DNA of 64,000 nucleotides from an uncultured Bacillota bacterium (GTDB taxonomy: Bacteria; Bacillota; DTU025; MWDF01), in contig CAWGMK010000010.1 in the NCBI GenBank assembly GCA_963823655.1, positions 444,949 through 508,948 of the forward strand, written 5' to 3'. The notes beneath the pieces were generated by a model, which ran no database searches, was not told the DNA's origin, and saw only the letters and a list, made by a program, of their open reading frames with translations. Shown here one piece after another: positions 23,574-34,424 of this stretch. Numbering within the stretch: position 1 is the stretch's first letter; every line of letters begins with the position of its first letter. A program made the position numbers and the translations under genes.

Positions 23574-26093
23574 TTGTTCGGTTTCCTTAAGAAAGCATTC
23601 GACCCAAGCAAGAAGGAGCTGGCGGGGCTGGCCGAGACCGCGGCAAAGGTCGCGGCGCTGGAGCCTTCGATGAAGCCGCTCACAGACGAGCAGCTTCTGG
23701 GCCTTACCGCGAAGTTCAGGGAGCGCCTGGCAGGCGGGGAGCCCATAGACAGCGTCTTGCCTGAGGCATTCGCGGCCGTCAGGGAGGCCTCCATCAGGAC
23801 TCTTGGCATGAGGCACTTCGACGTGCAGGTAATGGGCGCAACAGTCCTTCATATGGGAAGGATCGCAGAGATGAAGACGGGCGAGGGCAAGACGCTCGCC
23901 GCCACCATGCCCGCATATTTGAACGCCATCTCCGGCAAGGGAGTTCATATAGTCACGGTAAACGACTACCTGGCAGCGCGCGACGCCAACTGGATGGGGC
24001 CTGTCTACAAGGCTTTGGGCCTGACAGTCGGCGTAATAGTGCACGACCAGTCGCCCCAGGTGCGGCGCGAGCAGTATATGTGCGACATAACCTACGGCAC
24101 CAACAATGAGTTCGGCTTCGACTACCTCAGGGACAACATGGTAACGAGCATGGACAACAGGGTGCAAAGGCCGCACCATTACGCAATAGTGGACGAGGTG
24201 GACTCGATACTGATCGACGAGGCCCGCACGCCGCTCATCATATCCGGAATGGCTGAAGATTCCGGCCCGAAGTATGCGACTTTCGCGAAGATCGCAGCCA
24301 TGCTCGAGCCCGAAACCGACTATACGGTGGACGAGAAGGCCAACACGGTAGCCATAAACGAGCAGGGCATAGAGAAGATCGAGCGCAGGCTCGACATAGA
24401 AAACCTCTACGATGAGGTCAACATAGAGCTTATGCACCATGCACAGGCGGCCTTGAAGGCCAAAGCGCTGTTCAAGCGCGACCGCGACTACATAGTAACG
24501 CCCGACCAGCAGGTCATAATAGTAGACGAGTTCACAGGCAGGCTCATGCACGGCAGGCGCTACTCGGACGGCCTGCACCAGGCGATAGAGGCCAAGGAAT
24601 CGGTCAAGGTGCAGGAAGAGCACCGCACGATGGCGACCATCACCTTCCAGAACTACTTCAGGATGTACGAAAAGCTCGCCGGCATGACCGGCACCGCCAA
24701 GACCGAGGAGGAGGAGTTCAGGAGCATCTACGGCCTCGACGTGGTGGAAGTGCCGACTGCCAAGCCCATGATAAGAGTCGACAATCCCGACTCCGTGTAC
24801 AAGACGCAGAAGGCAAAGTACATGGCCGCGGTGGAGGAGATAGCCGCCTGCTACGAGAAGGGCCAGCCGGTGCTGGTGGGCACCGTGAGCATAGAGAAGA
24901 ACGAGCTCCTCTCCGAGCTTCTAAAAAGGCGGGGCGTAAAGCATCAGGTGCTAAACGCGAAGTTCCATGAGAAGGAAGCGGAGATCATCAAGATGGCGGG
25001 CCAGAAGGGCGCGGTCACCATTGCCACCAACATGGCAGGGCGCGGCACCGACATCGTCCTGGGCGAGGGCGTCGTCGAGCTCGGCGGGCTTCACGTCATA
25101 GGCACCGAAAGGCATGAGAGCAGGCGAATTGACAACCAGCTTAGAGGCCGCTCCGGCCGCCAGGGGGATCCTGGGTCTTCCAGGTTCTACGTGGCTATGG
25201 ACGATGACCTGATGAGGCTGTTCGGCGGGGAGAACATAGGCAAGATCCTCGGCGTAATAGGCTGGAAAGAGGGGGAATCAATAGAGCACGCCCAGCTTTC
25301 CAGGCAGATAGAAGCGGCGCAGAAGAGGGTTGAGTCCAGGCATTTCGATATGCGTAAGCACCTATTGCAATACGACGACGTGATGAACAAGCAGAGGGAG
25401 GCCGTTTACTCCCAGAGGGATACCATCCTCAGAGGCGAGGACATTAAGGAGCGCTCGGTGGAACTTTCCAAAAAGACCGCCGAGGGGCTTGCGAGGGCTT
25501 TCGCCGACGAGAAGTCGTACTCGGAGGACTGGGACCTTGAGGGCCTGGCCGAGCAGCTGACAGCGCTAGTCGGCATAAAGGTTCCGGCAGCATCCCTGAA
25601 GGCCTCGGACTGGAAGGGCCTGCTTCAAAACATAGACTCCGCAATCGCCGGGGCGTATGAGTCCAGGGAGAACGCCGTCGGCGCCGATCGCATGAGGCAG
25701 CTTGAGCGCGCCGTTATGCTGTATCTGATAGACAACAAGTGGGTGGACCACCTGTCGAATCTGGAAATGCTCAAGGAGGGCATAGGCTTGAGAGCCTACG
25801 GCCACCAGGACCCGCTTTTGGAGTATCGCAAAGAGACCTACAACATGTTCAACGACATGATGCAGGCCGTCGGCGAGGACTTCATAAAGCTCATAATGCG
25901 CGTCAGAATCCGCGAAGAGGGCGAGGAGCAGGTGCAGGCCCCCGCGAAGTCGGTATACAAGAACGTTGCGACGAACCGGGCCTCGGAGGGCCCGAAGGAG
26001 CCGGTTAAAACTGGCGACAAAGTGGGCAGGAACGACCCTTGCCCCTGCGGAAGCGGCAAGAAGTACAAGAAGTGCTGCGGCATCGGCAAGTAA
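23574..26093 (+). CDS. secA: Preprotein translocase ATPase SecA
   Basis: [39 protein letters not shown]-terminal [19 protein letters not shown]. Confidence 0.98.
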   Translation: MFGFLKKAFDPSKKELAGLAETAAKVAALEPSMKPLTDEQLLGLTAKFRERLAGGEPIDSVLPEAFAAVREASIRTLGMRHFDVQVMGATVLHMGRIAEMKTGEGKTLAATMPAYLNAISGKGVHIVTVNDYLAARDANWMGPVYKALGLTVGVIVHDQSPQVRREQYMCDITYGTNNEFGFDYLRDNMVTSMDNRVQRPHHYAIVDEVDSILIDEARTPLIISGMAEDSGPKYATFAKIAAMLEPETDYTVDEKANTVAINEQGIEKIERRLDIENLYDEVNIELMHHAQAALKAKALFKRDRDYIVTPDQQVIIVDEFTGRLMHGRRYSDGLHQAIEAKESVKVQEEHRTMATITFQNYFRMYEKLAGMTGTAKTEEEEFRSIYGLDVVEVPTAKPMIRVDNPDSVYKTQKAKYMAAVEEIAACYEKGQPVLVGTVSIEKNELLSELLKRRGVKHQVLNAKFHEKEAEIIKMAGQKGAVTIATNMAGRGTDIVLGEGVVELGGLHVIGTERHESRRIDNQLRGRSGRQGDPGSSRFYVAMDDDLMRLFGGENIGKILGVIGWKEGESIEHAQLSRQIEAAQKRVESRHFDMRKHLLQYDDVMNKQREAVYSQRDTILRGEDIKERSVELSKKTAEGLARAFADEKSYSEDWDLEGLAEQLTALVGIKVPAASLKASDWKGLLQNIDSAIAGAYESRENAVGADRMRQLERAVMLYLIDNKWVDHLSNLEMLKEGIGLRAYGHQDPLLEYRKETYNMFNDMMQAVGEDFIKLIMRVRIREEGEEQVQAPAKSVYKNVATNRASEGPKEPVKTGDKVGRNDPCPCGSGKKYKKCCGIGK

Positions 26094-26120
26094 ATAAAAG
26101 GGAGAGTGCCTGGTAGCATC

Positions 26121-27230
26121 ATGAGGGCAGAGCTTAGCACACCGATAGACCAGCTGGAATCGCGAATCGGCGAGATGCGCGGATACCTCCATATAGAGGA
26201 CAAGCGGAAGCAGTTGGCAGAACTCCAGGAGCAGGCAGGGGCGCCCGGGCTTTGGAACGACCGCGAGAGCGCCCAGAAGCTCATGCAGAAGATCTCCGCC
26301 GTCGAGGGGCATATAAACAAATACAAGACGCTCGCCTCCAAGCTGGATGACGTGAAGGCTTTGGCCGAGATGGCCGACGAGGAGGACGACGCCGAGGCCA
26401 TCGCCGAGAGCTTGGACATGATTGCAGCCCTTTCCAAGGAAGTGGAGCGGGCCGAGATGTCCAACATGCTATCGGGCGAGTACGATTCGGGCAATGCAAT
26501 AGTATCCATACATCCGGGAGCCGGCGGCACCGAGAGCAACGACTGGGCCCAGATGCTGTTTCGCATGTTCACAAGGTGGGCTGAGCGAAGCGGCTACCAG
26601 ATGGAAATAGCAGACTATCAGGTGGGGGATGAAGCGGGGCTTAAAAGCGCCACGGTATTCATAAACGGCGAGAACGCGTTCGGGTATCTGAAATCGGAGA
26701 AGGGCGTGCACAGGCTCGTCAGGATCTCCCCCTTCGACGCATCGGCCAGAAGGCATACATCCTTCGCGTCGGTCGACGTAATCCCCGAGATCGAAGAATC
26801 CGAGGTCGATATAAACCCCGAGGATTTGAAGATCGACACATTCAGATCGGGCGGAGCCGGCGGGCAGCATGTTAACAAGACCGACAGCGCCATCAGGATT
26901 ACCCACCTTCCGACGGGCATCATAGTCCAATGCCAGAACGAGCGCTCGCAGTATAACAACAAAGAAGTCGCGATGAAGATCCTAAAATCCAAGCTGATAC
27001 TAAGACAGCGCGAGGAGCAGGAGAAGAAGCTTGCCGAGATGAGGGGCGACCACATGGAAATCGCATGGGGCAGCCAGATCCGCTCCTACGTGTTCCAGCC
27101 TTACACCATGGTCAAGGACCACAGGACGAACTGGGAGACCGGGGACATCAACTATGTCATGGACGGCGGGCTCGACGAATTCATAGAAGCCTACCTCAGG
27201 ATGAAAGTGGCCACAGCGCACAAGGTCTAA
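26121..27230 (+). CDS. prfB: Peptide chain release factor 2, uninterrupted reading frame
   Basis: SPF anticodon motif, GAGGQHVN, WGSQIRSYV; follows secA (alternative start 26106). Confidence 0.95.
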   Translation: MRAELSTPIDQLESRIGEMRGYLHIEDKRKQLAELQEQAGAPGLWNDRESAQKLMQKISAVEGHINKYKTLASKLDDVKALAEMADEEDDAEAIAESLDMIAALSKEVERAEMSNMLSGEYDSGNAIVSIHPGAGGTESNDWAQMLFRMFTRWAERSGYQMEIADYQVGDEAGLKSATVFINGENAFGYLKSEKGVHRLVRISPFDASARRHTSFASVDVIPEIEESEVDINPEDLKIDTFRSGGAGGQHVNKTDSAIRITHLPTGIIVQCQNERSQYNNKEVAMKILKSKLILRQREEQEKKLAEMRGDHMEIAWGSQIRSYVFQPYTMVKDHRTNWETGDINYVMDGGLDEFIEAYLRMKVATAHKV

Positions 27231-27243
27231 CTTCCGGGAGGTA

Positions 27244-29163
27244 ATGCATATGTCCCAGAAGACGGCGAGGAATATTGCAATCATCGCGGTTGTGCTCGTT
27301 TTGGCGGCAGTCGCAGTCTCCGCATGGGCTACTGCCGAAAGGTATGCGAGGGAAGAGTCCTACCGCACCGCATCCCTATGCCTGGATTACGAGCAGTTCG
27401 CCTCGGTCGCGGCGCAGTGGCCGCAAGGGGCCCTTTCCTATTGGAAGGAAATGAAGGATGCCGGCGCCACCTCGGTCGCGGTGGGAGAGCTCACAATCGG
27501 CTGGATGGAAGACGCAGGCTATATCGAGATTATAAAACTTCCTGCAAGAGATGCCAATGTCGGGCACCTCATCAAGCCAATAGACCCGAAATCCGGTGAC
27601 ATCCTTACAGACAGGCTGACCGCAAGGCTAGGCGCGATGGCTGAGGTTGTACCCGGCGGCGTGCAGGTATACGGGCTCACGAACGACCAGCTGAGGGCGA
27701 TGAACGCCGGCCCCGACGAATATGCCATCGAGCTCATGGGAGAAGCGGGGCTCGATGTCGTTTTGAGGCTTTCGGCATTCGGCGGGTTTGACTCCGATTG
27801 GGTCGAATTGGCATTGTCGGATGAGCTCGAAGCGGGCACTGTCGTGATTTTCTCGGAAAAGCAGGTCGGCGGCTTCCCCAACAGGCTGGAGGAGGTCTCA
27901 GAGGCCCTGGTCGCCGAAGGCGCCCTTATAGGCCAGGTGGAATTCTCCAAGCAGCTGGGCTCGGATGAGCTGGACGAGTTCATGATGCCCAATATCGTAA
28001 GGGTCCACAGCATCACGCCGGAGGAGCTTGCCAAGGGCATGCTTATGGAAGATGCCATAGTCCGCTTCGCCAGGGCCGTCAGGGAGCGCAGCATGAGGCT
28101 CATCTATGTGAACCCCTATCGCTTCGCGGGAGAGGATTTGGACATTCCCCAATACAACCTTGAGTATGTAAAAGGCATTGCCGGGGCAATCGTTGAATTG
28201 GGCTATGCCCTTGGCAAAGTATCGGTGCCCGATCAGGCCTCAGGCCCTGAGCTCTGGCTTCTGTTGAAGTCTACCGCGATCGGCTCTTCTGCGGCCCTCT
28301 ACCTGATAATAATGCCGTTCGGCCCTATGCTGGCGCTCGCTTTGGCTTTGGCGTCCGCACTATTCCAGGTCGCGCTGTCCCTGTTCCTGCCCGAAAGCCT
28401 GGGCTCTTCGTTGATTCCGCTTGCGGCGGCAGTCATCATGCCCTGCCTTGGGGCAGCCGCCTGGATGAGGATCATGCGTTTTTGCAAAGGAAGCGCTCTG
28501 GTTAAAGCCCTTGGTGCCTGGGCAGCTGCATCAGTTATCAGCGTCTCGGGCGGGCTGATGCTATCATCCCCGGTCGCGGATGTGGCTCGCATGCTGGGAG
28601 TGGGCGTATTTACGGGAGTGAAGGTCGCACAAGTTCTCCCGCTGCTTCTGGCTTTTGCCGGATTTTGGGCCCTAATGCTGTCGAAGAAGGGCGGAAGAGG
28701 GCTCATGGACGAGGCTCTTGGCCTTGGCATGCAGCCGATTAGATGGTGGCACGCGGCAGTAGTCGGAATAGCCGGCGCCGTCGGGCTCTACATGGTTTTA
28801 AGGTCCGGCAACGCAAGCCCTGCACTTGTTACGGGCTTCGAGGCGGCCGCAAGGGAGGCGCTTGAGAAGCTGCTCGTCTTCAGGCCCCGCAGCAAGGAAG
28901 TCTTCGTAGGCCACCCGGCAATGATAATTGCGGGCCTGCTGTTTGCGGACGGTTTCGCAGGCTTGTCGCTTGCAGCCTTCGTTCTCGGTATGGTGGGTCA
29001 GGTCTCGATGGCCAATACTTTCATGCACCTTCACACGCCGATTGCGGCGACTGCCATCAGGACCGCGTTGGGGCTCATTCTAGGGTTCGCCGCAGGGCTT
29101 GCGGCAATCGTCATCTACAGGGCTGCTCTCAAGGCCATTAGGAAGAGATGGCCCAACATATGA
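27244..29163 (+). CDS. DUF5693 family membrane protein
   Basis: N-terminal TM, periplasmic domain with RAVRERSMR, multi-TM C-terminus with GVK, RSGN, RPRSKE..GHP, NTFMHLHTP; precedes csaB. Confidence 0.8.
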   Translation: MHMSQKTARNIAIIAVVLVLAAVAVSAWATAERYAREESYRTASLCLDYEQFASVAAQWPQGALSYWKEMKDAGATSVAVGELTIGWMEDAGYIEIIKLPARDANVGHLIKPIDPKSGDILTDRLTARLGAMAEVVPGGVQVYGLTNDQLRAMNAGPDEYAIELMGEAGLDVVLRLSAFGGFDSDWVELALSDELEAGTVVIFSEKQVGGFPNRLEEVSEALVAEGALIGQVEFSKQLGSDELDEFMMPNIVRVHSITPEELAKGMLMEDAIVRFARAVRERSMRLIYVNPYRFAGEDLDIPQYNLEYVKGIAGAIVELGYALGKVSVPDQASGPELWLLLKSTAIGSSAALYLIIMPFGPMLALALALASALFQVALSLFLPESLGSSLIPLAAAVIMPCLGAAAWMRIMRFCKGSALVKALGAWAAASVISVSGGLMLSSPVADVARMLGVGVFTGVKVAQVLPLLLAFAGFWALMLSKKGGRGLMDEALGLGMQPIRWWHAAVVGIAGAVGLYMVLRSGNASPALVTGFEAAAREALEKLLVFRPRSKEVFVGHPAMIIAGLLFADGFAGLSLAAFVLGMVGQVSMANTFMHLHTPIAATAIRTALGLILGFAAGLAAIVIYRAALKAIRKRWPNI

Positions 29164-30279
29164 AGATCAAAAAGCTTGTAATAAACGGATATTACGGATT
29201 GGGCAATGCAGGAGACGAGGCAGTCCTTGCAAGCGCCCTCAACGAGATAAAGTCCGTTAAGGCCGGACATTGAGGTTACGGTCCTTTCTGGAGATCCTTC
29301 GTCCACCACCGAAAGGTATGGCGTTGATTCGGTCCAAAGGAAGAGCTTCGCCGCCCTGAAGGCCATACGCTCTGCGGACCTCTACGTATCGGGAGGAGGA
29401 AGCCTGCTGCAGGATACAACGTCTGCGGCATCCATACTCTACTACCTGGTAATGATGTTCGCCTCAAGGCTTCTTGGAACGCGCTATGCGATTTACGCAA
29501 ACGGAGTGGGGCCGATAAGAAGGGGCTGGGCAAGGGGGCTTACCAGGATGGCGGTGGAGGGCGCTTCCAGCGTTAGCGTGCGCGATGCCGGCTCTATGAG
29601 GCTTCTTGAGGACATTGGGGTGCAAAGGGAGGATATCGTCCTCACCTCGGACCCGGTCTTCACGATGAAAGGCGCCCCAAAAGACGCTGTGCTTGGCGAG
29701 ATTGAGCGCGTCGCAGGAAGGAAAGCTGCAAAATTCGCGGAGCAGGGCGCAGGCAGGCTTGCCATATTCTCACTTAGGGAGTGGGCAGGGCTTGAAAACG
29801 GCATCCCGGCCCTGTGCGAGATGTCCTCTATTCTTAAAGATGCAGGTTTCCTGCCCATAGGATTGGCCTTCCAGCCGGGGCTGGACGAGGCGCCGCTCAA
29901 AAAGATTGCGACAGCTTGCGGGGGGGATGCGCCGATCATCCCCTGTGACTTCCATCCTGAGGTGACGGCGGGCATATTCAAAATGGCGGGGATTACGGTC
30001 GGCATGAGGCTCCATAGCCTGATAATGTCGGCGTCCGCCGGAGTGCCGGCTCTTGGCATAAGCTATGACCCGAAGGTGGATTTGCTGTTCGAGATGTTGC
30101 CCCTTGGCAGGTGCGTGAAGGTCCAAGATCTGAAAAACGAGGGGCCGTCGCAGCTTAGAGAGCTCATCGGCGAGCTAGCTGAGCAGAGCAGGAGGCTAAT
30201 GGCGACGCTTGCCTCCGTACAAGACAGGGCATCGGACACCGTAGGTTTCATGCTCAGGAAGGCGGAAGAGGGAAGATGA
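29148..30279 (+). CDS. csaB: Polysaccharide pyruvyl transferase CsaB; apparent frameshift near 29261
   Basis: Read by hand: GYYGLGNAGDEAVL, then SGGGSLLQDTTS, SVRD, GMRLHSLI, ISYDPKV (start 29148 or 29160). Confidence 0.9.
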
Positions 30280-31034
30280 GCTTGAAGTCTGCGGCAAGAG
30301 GAAAGCTCTTCGGCATGGGTGTAGATATAATTAGCCTGGATGAAGCATCGAAAATGGGCATGGCGCTAATCGGGGGCGACGGCGGCTATATAGTAACGAT
30401 AAACCCCGAGATGTGCATGAAATCCCTGGATGATGCACCATTCAAGGAGGCGGTCCAGAAGGCTTCCATCGTGGTGCCGGACGGCGCCGGAGCAGTGTGG
30501 GCCCTTAAAAAGCTGGGCTACTCGGCAGCCGAGAAAGTGCCCGGCATAGAGCTTGCAGAATCGCTCATCGCCGAGTGCGCAAAATCAGGCGTTAGCGTCT
30601 TCATGATAGGCGCAAAGCCGGGCGTTGCCGAAAGGGCGGCCTGCAAGCTGGTTTTGAAATACAAGGGGCTGAAGATCGCAGGCGTGCGCGACGGCTACTA
30701 CAAGGCAGACGAGCTAGACGGGGCAATAGCCGCTTGCGTGGAATCAGGTGCGGGCCTTGCGCTTGTGGCAATGGGCGCGGGCAGGCAGGAGGACTTCATG
30801 AGGAGGGCCTGCCTAGTGAAAAAGGGGATCGCGATGATCGGCATCGGGGGAAGCTTCGATGTCTTCGCGGGCGACGTTAAAAGGGCGCCCCGCATATACA
30901 GGCAATTGAGCCTTGAGTGGCTGTACAGGGGGCTTTCGGACCTCGGCAGATTTAAGAGGCTTCTGAAGCTTCCCGCTTTCATGTTCACGGTTATTTCGAA
31001 GCCAAGGCTTGCCAGGGACGGGAGAGCAAACTGA
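30276..31034 (+). CDS. WecB/TagA/CpsF family glycosyltransferase
   Basis: TINPE, VPDGAG, PGIEL, AMGAGRQE, GIGGSFDV, LEWLYR. Confidence 0.9.
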   Translation: MSLKSAARGKLFGMGVDIISLDEASKMGMALIGGDGGYIVTINPEMCMKSLDDAPFKEAVQKASIVVPDGAGAVWALKKLGYSAAEKVPGIELAESLIAECAKSGVSVFMIGAKPGVAERAACKLVLKYKGLKIAGVRDGYYKADELDGAIAACVESGAGLALVAMGAGRQEDFMRRACLVKKGIAMIGIGGSFDVFAGDVKRAPRIYRQLSLEWLYRGLSDLGRFKRLLKLPAFMFTVISKPRLARDGRAN

Positions 31035-31051
31035 ATCCGGAGGTGTTCATT

Positions 31052-31891
31052 TTGAAGGGACTTAGTGAGGCTCAGATTACGTTAATAAATAATAAGGCGC
31101 TGCTGATGAGGAGGGATATCCTCACGATGGTGTGCGGGGCGAGCTCCGGGCACGTGGGAGGCTCCCTATCCGCCGCCGACATCATGGCGGTCCTGTATTT
31201 CCGCGAGATGAACGTAAATCCCGAAAACCCCAAGGATCCGGACCGGGACCGTTTCGTCCTCTCAAAGGGGCATGCCTCGCCCGCGCTGTATGCGGCCCTT
31301 GCAAGAAGGGGCTTTATGCCGCTGGAGGAGCTTCAAAGCTTCAGGAGCATAAACTCCAGGCTCCAGGGGCATCCTTCCATGAAGGCGCTGCCGCTGGTAG
31401 AGATCTCGACGGGTTCTTTGGGCCAGGGCCTTTCCGCCGCAAACGGCATGGCGATAGCGGCGAGGATGGACAATAGGCCGAGCAGGGTTTATGCGATTGT
31501 GGGCGACGGCGAGCTGGAGGAGGGCCAGATTTGGGAGGCAGTGATGACCGCGTCCCATCACAAGCTCGATAACCTCGTTGCCGTTGTCGATTACAACGGC
31601 CTTCAGATCGACGGCAGGATAGAAGATGTCAAGTCGATTACGAACATCGCCGGCAGGTTCAGGGCCTTCGGCTGGCACGCGGTAGAAATCGACGGGCACG
31701 ATGTCAAGCAGATTGCGGAGGCGTTCGACGAGGCGAGGGCCACCAAGGGCGTTCCGACCGCGATAATTGCCAAGACCTTGAAGGGCAAAGGGGTATCCTT
31801 CATGGAAAACCAGGCGTCATGGCACGGCACTGCACCGAAGCCGGAGCAGCTGGAGCAGGCTCTAGGCGAGCTTTTGGGAGAGGAGGCCTGA
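31052..31891 (+). CDS. Transketolase, N-terminal subunit
   Basis: SGHVGGSLS, DRFVLSKGH, STGSLGQG, GDGELEEG. Confidence 0.93.
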   Translation: MKGLSEAQITLINNKALLMRRDILTMVCGASSGHVGGSLSAADIMAVLYFREMNVNPENPKDPDRDRFVLSKGHASPALYAALARRGFMPLEELQSFRSINSRLQGHPSMKALPLVEISTGSLGQGLSAANGMAIAARMDNRPSRVYAIVGDGELEEGQIWEAVMTASHHKLDNLVAVVDYNGLQIDGRIEDVKSITNIAGRFRAFGWHAVEIDGHDVKQIAEAFDEARATKGVPTAIIAKTLKGKGVSFMENQASWHGTAPKPEQLEQALGELLGEEA

Positions 31892-31893
31892 AG

Positions 31894-32856
31894 ATGGGAG
31901 AGCTTATCGCGACAAGGCAGGCATACGGCAAGGAGATAATCGAGATGGCGAAGGTGCATCCCGACATGGTAGTCATGGATGCGGACCTTTCCAAATCCAC
32001 TCTGACATTGGAGTTTTCAAAGGCCTTCCCCGAGCGTTTCGTGCAGATGGGAATTGCCGAACAGGATATGATGGCAACGGCCGCAGGCATGGCGACCATG
32101 GGCAAGAAGGTATTTGCGTCTACATTTGCGATATTCGCGGCCGGCAGGGCATACGACCAGGTCAGAAACTCCATCACCTACAACGGCCTCGATGTGAAGA
32201 TATGCGCAACGCACGCCGGCCTTACTGTGGGCGAGGACGGCGCCTCGCATCAGATGATTGAGGACCTGGCGCTCATGAGGGTGCTGCCCAATATGACTGT
32301 GCTTTGCCCCTCAGACGCAAACTCAGCCAAGTGGGCCCTTAACGCGGCATACGAGCACCACGGGCCGGTTTACATCAGGCTTGGCAGGGTCGCAGTGCCG
32401 GAGTATCATGAATTGACCGAGGGTTTTAAAATAGGAAAGGCCGTCAGGATGAAGAGGGGCAAAGACGTGTCCATCATGGCCTGCGGCATGCTCATCGGGC
32501 CGGCTTTGGAGGCTGTGGAGCTTCTTAAGGCAGAGGGCATCTCGGCGGGGCTTTTGGACATGATCACGATAAAACCCATTGATGTAGCCGCTGTGCTTGA
32601 AGACGCGGCCAACTGCGGGGCGATAGTGACTGCTGAGGAGCACAACATCATAGGGGGCCTGGGCGGCGCTGTGGCCGAAACGGTCACGAGCGCATACCCT
32701 GTGCCCGTCGTAAGAGTCGGGGTGAAGGACACCTTCGGGGAGTCCGGCAAGCCCGAGCAGCTGCTTAAAAAGTACGGTCTAGGGGCGATTGACATAGTTG
32801 AGGCCGCCAAAAAGGCAATAGGGCTAAAATCGGCAGCAGGGTTAGCCCGGAGGTGA
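31894..32856 (+). CDS. Transketolase, C-terminal subunit
   Basis: DADLSKST, GIAEQ, GEDGASHQ, EEHNIIGGLG. Confidence 0.93.
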   Translation: MGELIATRQAYGKEIIEMAKVHPDMVVMDADLSKSTLTLEFSKAFPERFVQMGIAEQDMMATAAGMATMGKKVFASTFAIFAAGRAYDQVRNSITYNGLDVKICATHAGLTVGEDGASHQMIEDLALMRVLPNMTVLCPSDANSAKWALNAAYEHHGPVYIRLGRVAVPEYHELTEGFKIGKAVRMKRGKDVSIMACGMLIGPALEAVELLKAEGISAGLLDMITIKPIDVAAVLEDAANCGAIVTAEEHNIIGGLGGAVAETVTSAYPVPVVRVGVKDTFGESGKPEQLLKKYGLGAIDIVEAAKKAIGLKSAAGLARR

Positions 32857-32863
32857 AAGCGCT

Positions 32864-33559
32864 TTGATCCATCTAAAAGGGGTTGGCAAGATATTCAGCA
32901 GCACGGTTGTGGCACTTAGCGAAATCGACCTCGATATCAAAAGAGGGGATTTCGTCTTTCTTGTCGGCCCGTCAGGCGCCGGCAAATCCACCCTGCTTTC
33001 GATACTTTACAGGGGAGTGAAGCCCACAAGAGGGGCAGTCACGGTCAACGGCATCGACGTCAAGGAGATGAGGCACGCTGACGTGCCCGAGTTCAGAAGG
33101 CACATAGGCGTCATATTCCAGGACTTCAAGCTTCTGCCCGACCGAAATGTGTTCAACAACGTGGCATTCGCCCTCGAGGTGATAGAAGCGCCGCCAAAGG
33201 ACATAACAAGGCGGGTGGGCAAGGCGCTTGAGATGGTGGGGCTGACACAGAAGGCAAAGTCCAAGCCGTACCAGCTTTCAGGGGGAGAGCAGCAGAGGGT
33301 CTCCATTGCGAGAGCTATCGTCAACGACCCGATACTGGTGCTCGCTGACGAGCCGACCGGAAACCTCGACCCTGAGACCTCCAGGGATATCATGGAGCTT
33401 CTAAGCGACATCAACGAGCTGGGCTCGACCGTCGTTTGCGCCACTCATAACAAGTCGATAGTCGACGAGATGAGGCGGCGCGTCATAGAGATGGAGCACG
33501 GCAAGATAATACGCGACGAGAGAAGGGGAGTGTACAGCTTTGAGGGCCCGTTCAATTAA
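32864..33559 (+). CDS. ftsE: Cell division ATP-binding protein FtsE
   Basis: GPSGAGKST, FQDFKLL, LSGGEQQRV, ADEPTGNLD. Confidence 0.93.
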   Translation: MIHLKGVGKIFSSTVVALSEIDLDIKRGDFVFLVGPSGAGKSTLLSILYRGVKPTRGAVTVNGIDVKEMRHADVPEFRRHIGVIFQDFKLLPDRNVFNNVAFALEVIEAPPKDITRRVGKALEMVGLTQKAKSKPYQLSGGEQQRVSIARAIVNDPILVLADEPTGNLDPETSRDIMELLSDINELGSTVVCATHNKSIVDEMRRRVIEMEHGKIIRDERRGVYSFEGPFN

Positions 33560-34412
33560 GTTAATCGCGAGCCAGACCATGCGCGGGCTGCTGAGAAACT
33601 TCGCTTTCATGGCCCTTGTCATCGTCGCCGCCTGCATGTTCGTCCTCGGCTCCACATTCGCTGTGGCGCTTAATGTGACGAACATCGGGATACAGATGCA
33701 AAGACAGATCGAAGTGAAGGCCTATCTGGTTGAAGGCTACAAGAATACCTCAGCGCTCGCGGAAAAGATCAAGGCTATCCCCGGGGTCAAAGCCGCGATC
33801 TACGTTTCCAGCGACGATGCGTTGAAGAACATGTCAGAGGACTACCCGGACTACCGCGAAGTAATCAAGGCACTGCCTGACAACCCGCTTCCCGCCTCAT
33901 TCGACGTAAAGCTCTCCGATCCAAGGTCGGTAAAGGAGATTGCAGGCGCTGTAGAGGGGCTAGAAGGGGTGGAGGGCGTAAACTACGGCCAAAGCTATGT
34001 CGAGGGCCTCTCGCGCATGCTACAGGTATTGTGGTCGTTTACGGCGCTAATACTAGTCGCCATGGCATTCGGAAGCGCTATAATCGTCAACAATACAATC
34101 GGCATCACCGTGACAGCAAGGAAGGCCGAGATCGAGATCATGAGGCTGGTAGGGGCATCCGACGGCTTCGTGAGGGCGCCTTTTGTGCTCGAAGGCATGA
34201 CAATCGGCATAATAGGCAGCGCGCTTGCCGGCCTTGGCATCTATGCCGGCTACGGCTACGCGATGAAATGGGTGCACGGCATCGCGCCGTTTATTCCGCT
34301 TGTAACATCGCCCTGGGCGAAATGGGGCCTGTTCATAGCGGTACTGACGCTCGGAGCAATACTTGGAGCGGGCGCCGGCGGCAACGCGACCAACAAATAC
34401 CTGAAGGATTAG
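33540..34412 (+). CDS. ftsX: Cell division permease FtsX
   Basis: NPLPAS, EIEIMRLVGA, PFVLEG; follows ftsE. Confidence 0.92.
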   Translation: MRARSIKLIASQTMRGLLRNFAFMALVIVAACMFVLGSTFAVALNVTNIGIQMQRQIEVKAYLVEGYKNTSALAEKIKAIPGVKAAIYVSSDDALKNMSEDYPDYREVIKALPDNPLPASFDVKLSDPRSVKEIAGAVEGLEGVEGVNYGQSYVEGLSRMLQVLWSFTALILVAMAFGSAIIVNNTIGITVTARKAEIEIMRLVGASDGFVRAPFVLEGMTIGIIGSALAGLGIYAGYGYAMKWVHGIAPFIPLVTSPWAKWGLFIAVLTLGAILGAGAGGNATNKYLKD

Positions 34413-34424
34413 GCGGAGGGCGCA

